Shown here: positions 37,067 to 45,703 of the stretch, piece after piece | Layout: each line of letters starts with the position of its first letter | How positions within the stretch are numbered: the stretch's first letter is position 1 | NCBI GenBank assembly: GCA_025449535.1 | Contig: JANWJF010000001.1 | Location: forward strand, 421,136 to 485,135 | Length of the DNA stretch: 64,000 bases | Source of the DNA: Candidatus Saccharimonadia bacterium | Lineage (GTDB): Bacteria > Patescibacteriota > SICC01 | Reading direction: 5' to 3' | The notes under the pieces: model-generated | What the model saw: the letters and a program-made list of their open reading frames with translations, nothing else | Databases searched by the model: none | What the model was told of the DNA's origin: nothing | Position numbers and translations under genes: made by a program

Positions 37067-39661
37067 TCAGATACCCCGTATGTCGTCCGAATCCGGTGCG
37101 TCTTTGGTTCGACGGCCTTCCGGAAGGACGACGCCGCCCGAGCTGGTTCCCGAAGTTCTCGACCCTCCTGTCCCACTGCCGCTTCCGCCGCCAGAGCCTC
37201 TGGAGGAGTAGTCTTCTCCGGCGTGAGACGGATTGGCAATCAGCGTATCCCACATCGGTCCGTGCTTGTCGCTTAGGCTATCAATAGTTTTTGTGGGGAT
37301 CTTGCCGTTGTCGTAAGCTTTTCGCAACGCTTGGACACGCGCCGGTGAATTTTGCTCCAATATACCTTCCACGGCACCGACGGACAGGTTGTCCCGTAAG
37401 AGATTAGCTCGATTCGGATCTTTCGTAGTGGCCAAGTCAGTAAGGACTTCCGGGCTGAATTGCGTGACGTTTCTGCTGCCAAGGTCCTGAATTTCGCGCT
37501 GTTGCGCTGCCAGCGGTTTCTTAGCGAAGTTGGCGGTCTCGTTGGCCAACTGCTCACCCTTGCGCCGTTCCGCGAAGGCGCCGGTGCGGATGTCGTGAGC
37601 GAGTCCCAGGGTGTCGTGCATCTTCGAGTTCGGTTGGAATTGCCCCTGCATCCGTTCCAGTTCGTCGGTGTCGAACTGATCGGCGTAAAGCTGAGCTTCC
37701 TTTTCCTGGGCGGTGCTCATCTGTGCAGCGGCCTCAGCCCCGGCTTCGCCGCCAAGCCGGCCGCCGGTAGCCGCGGACAAGCGCTTGTTGAACCCGGACC
37801 GGATACCGGCGCCGCGCAACGCCTGTTTGCGCTCGGCGCGCTGCTTGCGCTGATCGTTGGCGGCGGCCAGTCCGGATTTGCGAGCAGCTACCCCACCGAG
37901 TCCCTTGCCGGCTCCGAGTCCGGTCCGACCGGTCTTCTTCGCCGCACTGGCGGCCCGTCCCATCACTTCGCCGCCGAGTTTCAGCGGAATCATCACCGCG
38001 GCGATCAAGGCGCCGACGAAAAAGGCGATCTTAAGCAGGAAGTCTGGCCCGTTGATGTCTTGGTTTTTCGATCCGACGTTTGAAACAATCTCCGCCGCGA
38101 CAAACAGCAGCATGAACGCGACGGGAGCCATGAAGATCCACTTCATCGCGTTCTTCCACCATGATGACGCCAAGGAGCGTGTAAAAGGGAGGATCATGAA
38201 CAGGAAGACAAACGGCGAGAGCGCGGTGAGCAGCCAGATCATCAGTATCCGGACGACGAGGAAGATGAACAGAATCAGCATCGCGATGGCGACCACGATT
38301 ACCATGAGGACGGCGATGACGACCTGCCCGATGCCGGACTGGGGATCGATGATGCTGCCGTCCACCGGTGGGTTCGCCAACAGGCCGAACGCCTTTGACG
38401 CGAACGGCTGTGCGATGATGAAAGCGACGTTGGTCAGGATCTGCACCAGCACGAAGCTGAAGTTCACCGCGATTACCCCGAAGATCAGGCGCGGGAGCAA
38501 GGCCCTGATCCCGTAGCGGTCGGTATCGATGCGCAGGATGTTCGACAGGGCGACTATGCAGAGAATCAGAATGAATATTACGTTTACGAAGTCACGGATG
38601 GTCTTCCACGCTTCGACCAGGCCCTGGTTGTCGGTGAGGGTCCCGACGTCGGTCACGTTCAGCAGGGCACGTTTCACGAAGTCGAAGAAGTCACTGATCG
38701 CGACCTTCAACGCTTCCAAGGCCTTTTGCATGGCCTGCGCGAAGAAGTCGTGGTCGCTAGTGCAGCGGTTGATGCCATTGAACTTCTCGGCGACTTCGTC
38801 AATCGTCTCCTGGTCATCCGCCTGGTCGGTCAGTTCCACCCCGTTGAAGTACTTTTCCTCGTCGAGGCCGCCCGACCATTCGATGTCCGAAGCCCAGGCA
38901 TCTTCCGCGAACGTGCCGGCGCAACTCGCCGTGAACGAGAAGTGCATCTCGTCGGAGCCGAACGCATCGTTGCCGGAAGAGAACCGACCATTGTTCGCCT
39001 TGAGCGAGACGTTGAGCGCCGGGTTGAATTCGTTCCGGAAGACATAAATGATGTTCTCGTCGTTACCGCCGCCGCCGAATGGCGTGTTCTCCTGGACGTC
39101 GCCGGTGGAGTTGTTGTGGATGTCGGTCAGCACGAACCGGACCAGGTGGACGTCGTCGTGACCGACCGCGGTCCCCTCACCGTTCGGGTTGTGAATCAGG
39201 TGCTTGCTGTGGACGTAAAAGTACGGGTTGCCGTCGTACTTCGAACCGATGGAGGCGTTCCCGCGTGCCCGGAAGTCGGAAGGTTCGCCATCCTGCCCGG
39301 CGTTGATATCCAGCTTGCTGATTCCGCCGGGGTCGCCCTCGTTCGACTCACCGAAGAACGCGAGTTGAGCTTCCTTCCGGCTCCCGATCGCGTTCATCGC
39401 CCGCTTGACCCCTTCCCAACGCTCCTGTTCCTTGTTGTCTTCCTGTATCTGATCCGTCTCGTCCCCGATCATCGCGAAGCACTCCTCCTCTTCGGGAGTC
39501 AGTTCCACAGGTGGGAGGTGTTGCATGTCCTCAAAAGGGTACTTGTCCTTGCACTCCTGGAGGGTAATCGCGTATGCCGGCTGGATGGCCGGGCCGACCA
39601 TGGTCGCGAGGAAGGCGGCGGCCAGGAAAGTGGAAATCAACCGCTTGATCCGCTTGTTCAT
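37067..39661 (-). CDS. VirB6/PrgH-like polytopic T4SS membrane protein (paralog A)
   Basis: Signal peptide MNKRIKRLISTFLAAAFLATMVGPAIQPAYA. TM core closely similar to paralog B. C-terminal Gly/Ser-rich region. Confidence 0.5.
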   Translation of the reverse strand: MNKRIKRLISTFLAAAFLATMVGPAIQPAYAITLQECKDKYPFEDMQHLPPVELTPEEEECFAMIGDETDQIQEDNKEQERWEGVKRAMNAIGSRKEAQLAFFGESNEGDPGGISKLDINAGQDGEPSDFRARGNASIGSKYDGNPYFYVHSKHLIHNPNGEGTAVGHDDVHLVRFVLTDIHNNSTGDVQENTPFGGGGNDENIIYVFRNEFNPALNVSLKANNGRFSSGNDAFGSDEMHFSFTASCAGTFAEDAWASDIEWSGGLDEEKYFNGVELTDQADDQETIDEVAEKFNGINRCTSDHDFFAQAMQKALEALKVAISDFFDFVKRALLNVTDVGTLTDNQGLVEAWKTIRDFVNVIFILILCIVALSNILRIDTDRYGIRALLPRLIFGVIAVNFSFVLVQILTNVAFIIAQPFASKAFGLLANPPVDGSIIDPQSGIGQVVIAVLMVIVVAIAMLILFIFLVVRILMIWLLTALSPFVFLFMILPFTRSLASSWWKNAMKWIFMAPVAFMLLFVAAEIVSNVGSKNQDINGPDFLLKIAFFVGALIAAVMIPLKLGGEVMGRAASAAKKTGRTGLGAGKGLGGVAARKSGLAAANDQRKQRAERKQALRGAGIRSGFNKRLSAATGGRLGGEAGAEAAAQMSTAQEKEAQLYADQFDTDELERMQGQFQPNSKMHDTLGLAHDIRTGAFAERRKGEQLANETANFAKKPLAAQQREIQDLGSRNVTQFSPEVLTDLATTKDPNRANLLRDNLSVGAVEGILEQNSPARVQALRKAYDNGKIPTKTIDSLSDKHGPMWDTLIANPSHAGEDYSSRGSGGGSGSGTGGSRTSGTSSGGVVLPEGRRTKDAPDSDDIRGI

Positions 39662-41010
39662 CGCAGATCCTCGATCCGTTGCCGCGCTCGTTTCGCCACC
39701 CGCCTGAAGAGTCCGGGTTGCCGCTTCTGTTTCTTCCCAAGCATTTTCCGGAACCGCCGCTTCTTCGCGCGCTGCAGGAGCGTATCGGCGCTTTTCTCGA
39801 TACCTTTGCTGACGGCTCCGCCGCTGCCGAACACCAACGCGCGGGCGCCTTCGTACAAGCCGGCGATCTTCGCTCCCATCACTCCGGCTCCGATCAGGAC
39901 GCCGGCGACCGGCGGGGCGATTACCAGGGAAGCGATCAGGGCGATGCCGTACGCCTTGGCGAAGCGGCCAGTCAAACGCTTCTTCCAGGTCTGCAGCCGG
40001 TCACGGCCGTACTCGACGACTTCTCCGGCTGCATCGGACGGCTGACGTTCGCCCGTCGGGTAGCCGTTCTTGATCAGGTTCTGCATCCATTCGATGGCTT
40101 GCTGGAAGCGTTCCTGTCGGCTTCGGTACTGGTCCGTCAACTCCTCGACCCGCTGCTCGATCGCGTCGAACAGTTTCTCGCGCATTTCTTGCTTCAACTC
40201 CGGTGTCTGCGAGGACTCGGCGAAGGCTTGCTCGAACTCCTTCGCGAGCTCGACGGCCTCGTCCGCCCGGGCCTGCACGTTCTCGCCAGCATGGTGCCGT
40301 TCCAAGAAGTCGACCCACCGGCTCGCCTCGGTGCGGAGTACTGTCCGCTCGTCTTCAGGCTCCTTGGAAAGCGAATCCTCAAGCGATTCCCGGAGTTCGC
40401 CGGGTCGCCGGGCTTCCGCCACGGCCTGCTCGAGGTACTCCTTGGGCGCGCTGGCCTCGAGGTTCGCGATCGCCTCCTGCTCTGCCTTGTCGATGTCGCC
40501 CTTGCTCCATTCGGCGCCGTACGTCTTGGACTGCTCGATGTTCGCACGGACGTCGGCCAGCTCGGCCTCTCGGTAGAGTTCCTCCGCCCGGACCATCAGA
40601 CCGCCCGCCTCGTTATAAGCCGTCCGTACGATCTGCTTCTTCTGTTCACGGGACACCCGGTGGTACACCCGTTCGTATTCATGCGGACTCTCCTCGAAGT
40701 CGGTCGGATCCGGTTTGAGCAAGGCCTCGAGGTCGACCCCGGCGTCCTGCAGCTCCCGTTCCCGGTCGCGCGAGAAGCGCAGGTCCCCCAGGGCCACCGG
40801 CGCCCGGTTGTCCGGACCGTACGAGACCTCCATGAACTGCTTGCCGTCGTACGTGCCGAGGTACCCGGTGATCTCCACCTGGTCCTTGCTCCCGGCTTCC
40901 CAGACTTCCCGCAGGGCGGCCGGACCTTTCAGGGCCTCGACGGTCGCTTTGTCGAAGTGCGGGTCCTGGTCGACGCGCGGTTCGAAGTCTGGTGTGTGTT
41001 TTTCACTCAT
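39658..41010 (-). CDS. hypothetical coiled-coil protein with C-terminal TM segment (T4SS-associated)
   Basis: Start at MSEKHTPDF. Glu/Arg-rich helical region, TM IALIASLVIAPPVAGVLIGAGVMG, basic tail. ATGA overlap with the downstream gene. Confidence 0.45.
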   Translation of the reverse strand: MSEKHTPDFEPRVDQDPHFDKATVEALKGPAALREVWEAGSKDQVEITGYLGTYDGKQFMEVSYGPDNRAPVALGDLRFSRDRERELQDAGVDLEALLKPDPTDFEESPHEYERVYHRVSREQKKQIVRTAYNEAGGLMVRAEELYREAELADVRANIEQSKTYGAEWSKGDIDKAEQEAIANLEASAPKEYLEQAVAEARRPGELRESLEDSLSKEPEDERTVLRTEASRWVDFLERHHAGENVQARADEAVELAKEFEQAFAESSQTPELKQEMREKLFDAIEQRVEELTDQYRSRQERFQQAIEWMQNLIKNGYPTGERQPSDAAGEVVEYGRDRLQTWKKRLTGRFAKAYGIALIASLVIAPPVAGVLIGAGVMGAKIAGLYEGARALVFGSGGAVSKGIEKSADTLLQRAKKRRFRKMLGKKQKRQPGLFRRVAKRARQRIEDLR

Positions 41011-41034
41011 GTTCGGTTTGCGAAAAATTACCCA

Positions 41035-41063
41035 ACCATAGCAGAAAACAAGCCAAATGTCAA
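41035..41063 (-). promoter_or_regulatory. putative sigma70-type promoter for the 474-aa gene / VirB6-A unit
   Basis: Minus strand: TTGACA (41063-41058), 17 nt, TATGGT (41040-41035). Confidence 0.4.
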
Positions 41064-41080
41064 GTATCAGGCGGGAAACC

Positions 41081-41107
41081 AAAAAGCGTCCTCGAGGAAC
41101 GCTTTTT
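41081..41107. terminator. putative bidirectional intrinsic terminator downstream of the pilin genes
   Basis: AAAAAGCGTCCtcgaGGAACGCTTTTT: GC stem flanked by an A-run and a T-run. Confidence 0.45.
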
Positions 41108-41130
41108 GGATTCAGCGGACGTGCGGTCGA

Positions 41131-41514
41131 CTAGACGTCGAACCGGCCACGGACGCCCAGGTAGTCCTGGATCAGCCGCGTGAGCACGAACGCGATGAAG
41201 ATGACAATCAAACCGAGCACCGCGTACAGGATGGTCTTCCGGGCGGCGTCGACCTGTTCGGCGTTGCCGGTGGAGACCACGTAGCGGAAGCCGCCGATGA
41301 TCAGGAAGAGCACGGCGATGGCGCCGGCGAACAGCAGCAGCGCGTCGATGACCCGGGACAGGATCTCGCCGAAGTCAGTCTGGTTGGTCGGAGACTCGAT
41401 GTCCGGCTTGATGTTGGTCGGGGCTTGCGCCGCGGCGACCGCGTTCTTGGCCATGACCAGCGACAGCGCCGCGCCGTAACCGACACGGGATAGCGTTTGC
41501 TTCACTTTTTGCAT
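41131..41514 (-). CDS. TrbC/VirB2-like T4SS pilin
   Basis: Signal peptide plus two hydrophobic helices flanking a GxRY...GN.E.V..A+ loop. Confidence 0.5.
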   Translation of the reverse strand: MQKVKQTLSRVGYGAALSLVMAKNAVAAAQAPTNIKPDIESPTNQTDFGEILSRVIDALLLFAGAIAVLFLIIGGFRYVVSTGNAEQVDAARKTILYAVLGLIVIFIAFVLTRLIQDYLGVRGRFDV

Positions 41515-41532
41515 ATGTGTTTCACCTCCTTC

Positions 41533-42183
41533 CTATACGGTTACCACTCTACCAATGGTCACTACGATGGCATAGGAAAGGAACACGACGGCCAGGCCGA
41601 TCACGGAGTAGAGCAGGCCGCGCCGGGCCGCCTGGACCTGGTCCTGGTTGCCTTGCGAGGTCGCGTACCGGTAGCCGTTGATGATGATGAAGAGCACGGC
41701 GACCGAGGCGCTTAACAGCAGCAGCGCGTCGGCGATGCGCGGCAGGATGCTCTGCGGGTCCTGCGGCGCGCCGCTGATCGCCCCGACGATGCCGGGCGCG
41801 TCGCTGATCTTCTGCCGTGAACGGAGCACGCCTTGGACCAACAGGACGATCGCGTACGAGCAGATCGTCAGGATGAAGCCGGCGATCGACCAGGTCAGGC
41901 CCTGCTTGGCCTTCTCGACCTTCTCCGGGTTGCCGGCCGAGAAGATGTATTGGTAGCCGTTGACGACGACGAAGAGTACGGCGACCGAGGCCGCGAAGAG
42001 CAGTCCGAAGCGAATGATGTTCACCAGTATCCCGACCACGCCGCCGAGGTCTGAGGCGCGCGGGTTCTCGGGAATCTGGAAGAAGCCGAGCGCGGCGTGC
42101 GCGGACTCCGGTGCGACCAGGATGCCGATCGCGGCGAGGACGCCGAGGCCGAGCGCGAATTGTCTGAGGGAACGCATGTTCAT
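41533..42183 (-). CDS. tandem double VirB2-like pilin
   Basis: Two internal repeats, AVLFVVVNGYQYIFSAGNPEKVEKAKQGL and AVLFIIINGYRYATSQGNQDQVQAARRGL, each flanked by hydrophobic helices. Confidence 0.5.
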   Translation of the reverse strand: MNMRSLRQFALGLGVLAAIGILVAPESAHAALGFFQIPENPRASDLGGVVGILVNIIRFGLLFAASVAVLFVVVNGYQYIFSAGNPEKVEKAKQGLTWSIAGFILTICSYAIVLLVQGVLRSRQKISDAPGIVGAISGAPQDPQSILPRIADALLLLSASVAVLFIIINGYRYATSQGNQDQVQAARRGLLYSVIGLAVVFLSYAIVVTIGRVVTV

Positions 42184-42542
42184 AATCCCGAGTTAAATCC
42201 CAGCGTGCGCGAGACCAGGATGATCAACGTGACGGAGACGAGCGAGACCACGAACCCGAACACCGCGTAGAGCAGGCTCTTCTTGGCCTTCTCGACGAGT
42301 TCCTGGTTGCCCTGGGAGACCATGTATCGGTAGCCGGAGATGATCAGATAGAGCAGCGCCACTGTCGGCAGGAAGACGATCAGGATGTTGAAGATCGCGC
42401 TGACCGGTTCGCCGAGGTTGCCGAACCCGGACAGCGAGTGGATCTCCCGGGGGTTCTTGTCCGGCTGCGGCAGGGCGGCCTGGGCACCGGCCGGAACGGC
42501 CAGCGAGAGGAGCAGCAGCGAGTTGGCGATCCGTCTAATCAT
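42180..42542 (-). CDS. TrbC/VirB2-like T4SS pilin
   Basis: Signal peptide; ISGYRYMVSQGNQELVEKAKKSLLYAV motif. Confidence 0.5.
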   Translation of the reverse strand: MIRRIANSLLLLSLAVPAGAQAALPQPDKNPREIHSLSGFGNLGEPVSAIFNILIVFLPTVALLYLIISGYRYMVSQGNQELVEKAKKSLLYAVFGFVVSLVSVTLIILVSRTLGFNSGL

Positions 42543-43070
42543 TCAGCCTCCGGGTTTCGAGAAGTCGATGTCTCCGCAGCCGGGCTCGTTCTTCTCGCAG
42601 GGCTCGCTGACCGTCCGCGGGTTGATCGTGTTCAGGATCAACGCTGCCAGGATCAGGAGCGACAGGCCGATCAGCGTCTTCTCGACGATGTCCTTGGCGT
42701 TGGAGATCTTCTCGGGATCGCCATAGCTGGCCATGTAGGTGTAGCCGGCGTAGATCAGGGAGATCACCGACAGCAGCCCGCCGATGAAGGCGACCCAGAG
42801 GTACACCGCGTTGACGTATTGGATCACCGAGGTCTTCTTTACCTCAGTGCCGGTGACCGGGTCGATGTTCGAGCCGCTGGTGTCGAGGCCGTTCTTATCC
42901 GTGTCTTGCTTGCCCTTCTTCTGCTTGGTCTTGCCGCCACTGACGTCCTTGGCGTCGTCGACGCCCTGCTTCGTCTCCGCGGCCTTCGCCATCGGAGCGT
43001 CCACCGTGAAGTGCGGACCCACCGGCGTTATCGCGACCGCGGTCGCGACGCCCAATCCGAGCGCCGCCAT
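42543..43070 (-). CDS. VirB2-like pilin with extended Lys-rich N-region and Cys-containing tail
   Basis: IYAGYTYMASYGDPEKISNAKDIVEKTLIGL motif. Start at MAALGL, preceded by an AGGAGG SD; the longer ORF extends to 43103. Confidence 0.45.
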   Translation of the reverse strand: MAALGLGVATAVAITPVGPHFTVDAPMAKAAETKQGVDDAKDVSGGKTKQKKGKQDTDKNGLDTSGSNIDPVTGTEVKKTSVIQYVNAVYLWVAFIGGLLSVISLIYAGYTYMASYGDPEKISNAKDIVEKTLIGLSLLILAALILNTINPRTVSEPCEKNEPGCGDIDFSKPGG

Positions 43071-43112
43071 GGTCAACCTCCTGATTGTCGTTCCGGTTCG
43101 CATAAGGGGGCT

Positions 43113-43141
43113 ATCATACGGCTAGAAAACGTCTCTGTAAA
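43113..43141 (-). promoter_or_regulatory. putative strong promoter of the pilin gene array
   Basis: Minus strand: TTTACA, 17 nt, TATGAT, within the 41-bp gap before the first pilin gene. Confidence 0.4.
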
Positions 43142-43144
43142 GCG

Positions 43145-44467
43145 TCAGGACTCTTGCTCTTTAAGCTTCCGCAGGACGTCCGTAAGGTCGTTCGCGCCGC
43201 GGTCGATCGCGTTCTGCGGGCGTTCGCCGCGGAGCACGCTCTCGACCATCCGGGCGAAGATCCGGTCGGCCTTCTCGGGATCCCCCTTGTACCAGCTGCG
43301 GGCCGTCTCCAGCTGCTCCTGGAGCGCGTCCAGGCCGCCGGACGCCGAGACGTCCTTGCGGGCCGGGACCGACCGGGTGGCCTCGGTGTATGCGTACATC
43401 GAGTCCGTGTCGGTGAGGTAGCGGATGAACTTCCAGGCCTCCTCGGCGTGCTGGCTGTCCTTGGAGACGGTCTCCGCCCAGAAGCTGGCGTAGTTCACCG
43501 GGCTGGTGCCTTGGATCTGCGGCACCTTCTCGATCTGGTACTGGAGGTCCGGGTTCAGCCGGTCGATCTCCAGCGCGTGGTACGCGTACCCGAAGAAGTA
43601 CCCGACCTTGTTCTGGGCGAACGCCCGCACGGAGTTACCGCTTCGGCTGTTCCAAGAATAGTTCGGAGTCCGCGGGTCGGCGAAGCTGGTGTAGAACTCG
43701 AGTCCGATCCGGCCCAGCGGCTTCTGTTGCCCTTCGACATCCTGGGTGAGATTGAAGGTGGCCTGGGTGTGCTCGTCGTTGGTCATCTTGGTCCGGTTCT
43801 GCAGCATGATCAGCGCCAGGATGTCCTGGCCACGGCTGACGTTATTGTCGCCGAGTGCCACCGCCGAACGGGTGAACGTGTCGCCCTGGCGGCGGTTGAT
43901 TTGTCTGAGCACGTTCGGGTTGCCATCCTTGCCAATCAGCTGTTCCCAGGTAGCCGGCGTCTGTTCGACCGCCGCGTCCGACTCGATGTTGTCGTTCACG
44001 TACATGCCGATGGTGTCCATGGACAGCGGCAGTCCGTAGATGCGTCCGTCCTTGACGGTCTCGCGGGCCGGCGGATAGAAGTCGCGTTCGTAATCGACGG
44101 TCTTGTACGTGTCCTCGGGGACCGGCGAGATGCGGTCGAAGTACCGCGGCAACCAAGTGTTATGCACGGCGAAGATGTCCGGACCGCGTCCGTCCGCCAG
44201 CGCGTCGATCAGCGCCCGCTCGTATTCCTGGAACGTCAGCTTGCGGTACTCGATCTGCACGTTGGGATGCGCGGCCTGGTAGTCGTCGATCTGCTGCTGG
44301 TACTTGTCGGTGTCGTCGAAGACGCGCCAGTAGCGCAGGACGGTCGGGCCGGTGTCCTTCGGCGCGGCCTGCTGCTTCTTGCCGCCGAACGCGGCCAGCG
44401 CTATCCAAGCGACCAGAAGCACAAGCAGCCCTACGCCGACAACGATGAAAATAAGCCGTCTGTTCAT
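43145..44467 (-). CDS. extracellular solute-binding protein (family 1 SBP), N-terminal TM anchor
   Basis: SBP_bac_1-like. No permease or ATPase partner nearby. Confidence 0.7.
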   Translation of the reverse strand: MNRRLIFIVVGVGLLVLLVAWIALAAFGGKKQQAAPKDTGPTVLRYWRVFDDTDKYQQQIDDYQAAHPNVQIEYRKLTFQEYERALIDALADGRGPDIFAVHNTWLPRYFDRISPVPEDTYKTVDYERDFYPPARETVKDGRIYGLPLSMDTIGMYVNDNIESDAAVEQTPATWEQLIGKDGNPNVLRQINRRQGDTFTRSAVALGDNNVSRGQDILALIMLQNRTKMTNDEHTQATFNLTQDVEGQQKPLGRIGLEFYTSFADPRTPNYSWNSRSGNSVRAFAQNKVGYFFGYAYHALEIDRLNPDLQYQIEKVPQIQGTSPVNYASFWAETVSKDSQHAEEAWKFIRYLTDTDSMYAYTEATRSVPARKDVSASGGLDALQEQLETARSWYKGDPEKADRIFARMVESVLRGERPQNAIDRGANDLTDVLRKLKEQES

Positions 44468-44550
44468 ATTTGTTTCACGGGTTTACTAGGCTGATTCTAC
44501 CGTGCGCGGAGCGTAGTTGTGAAGCGGCCTTCGGATGTATACTCGGTCCC

Positions 44551-45456
44551 GTGAGCCAAGAATCGAAATCGACGTCGTCCCGGCCCCCTGTCCGCAAGGC
44601 GGTGATTCCCGTCGCCGGGTTCGGTACCCGGTTCCTACCGGCGACCAAGGCGACGCCCAAGGAGATGTTCCCGCTGGTCGACAAGCCGCTGACCCAATAC
44701 GTGGTCGAGGAAGCGGTGGCGTGTGGGATCGAAGAGATCATTTTCATCACCGGGCAGGCCAAGCGGGCGATCGAGGACCACTTCGACCGGAACATCGAGT
44801 TGGAGTATTTACTCGATAACAAAGGTAAAAAAAAGCAATTAGAACAGGTAATGGAAATCGCCGACAAGGCGGACTTCGCGTACGTCCGGCAGAAGGAGGT
44901 GCTCGGACTCGGGCATGCGATCCTGCAAGCCCGGCATCTGATCGGCGACGAGCCGTTCCTGGTGATGACGCCGGATGATATCTTCTCCGGCAACGGTCCG
45001 GCTTCTCAGGCCTTGATCGACGCGTACGAAGAGACGGGTACGCCGATCGTCGGGGTGCAGGAGGTACCCAAGGACCGGGTCCACCTGTACGGCATCGTGT
45101 CCGGTGAGCCGGTGCGTGACGGGCTGCTCAAGATGTCGGGTATCGTCGAGAAACCGGACCCGAAGACCGCCCTGACGAACCTGGCGCAATGCGGCCGGTA
45201 CATCTTCATCCCGGAGATATTCGAGCATTTTGCCAAGGCGGAGCCCGGTCCGGGCGGGGAAATCCACATTACCGTGGGGACGAACGGTCTGATTTCCGAG
45301 GGTCCGGTGCATGCGGTGACGATTCCTAACCAATACCATGACGCCGGTAGTAAGATCGGCTACCTGCAGGCGATCGTCGAGTTCGCGCTTGAGCGGGAGG
45401 ATTTGGGCGACGAGTTCAAGGCGTATCTCAAGAAACGCTTGGCTGACGAAAAATAG
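44551..45456 (+). CDS. galU: UTP-glucose-1-phosphate uridylyltransferase
   Basis: KAVIPVAGFGTRFLPATKATPKEMFPLVDKP. GTG start chosen; the ORF track begins at an upstream TTG (44470). Confidence 0.8.
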   Translation: MSQESKSTSSRPPVRKAVIPVAGFGTRFLPATKATPKEMFPLVDKPLTQYVVEEAVACGIEEIIFITGQAKRAIEDHFDRNIELEYLLDNKGKKKQLEQVMEIADKADFAYVRQKEVLGLGHAILQARHLIGDEPFLVMTPDDIFSGNGPASQALIDAYEETGTPIVGVQEVPKDRVHLYGIVSGEPVRDGLLKMSGIVEKPDPKTALTNLAQCGRYIFIPEIFEHFAKAEPGPGGEIHITVGTNGLISEGPVHAVTIPNQYHDAGSKIGYLQAIVEFALEREDLGDEFKAYLKKRLADEK

Positions 45457-45703
45457 TCTGTTTCACGTGAAACAGGGTTGGCGTTTTCTGCTTCAACCAC
45501 GACGGGTCCGAAAGCGCTGCTGATCAAAAAGAGTGGCGCTCTTCAGATATCAAGCTTCAGGGCGCTTTCGTGACCCGTGTGGTTGAACCTGAGTACGAGA
45601 AACAAGCCGTTACCGTCCGGAACGCCCTGAGGCACCCAGTTTAGTTTGCTTGCATCAACGTAATCAGCCCGCGTTCCGGCGGTAACCGGTTTGTTTCGTA
45701 TCC

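Noticed and set aside
27645-43103. T4SS locus as an integrated conjugative element or genomic island
   Set aside because: No integrase, relaxase, coupling protein, flanking direct repeats or compositional shift were seen. The locus lies between core origin genes and galU/rarA, so it is treated as chromosomal.
45338-45523. 61-aa ORF bridging the galU stop and the convergent spacer
   Set aside because: Overlaps the galU 3' end in another frame and includes the palindrome; no SD. Likely non-coding.
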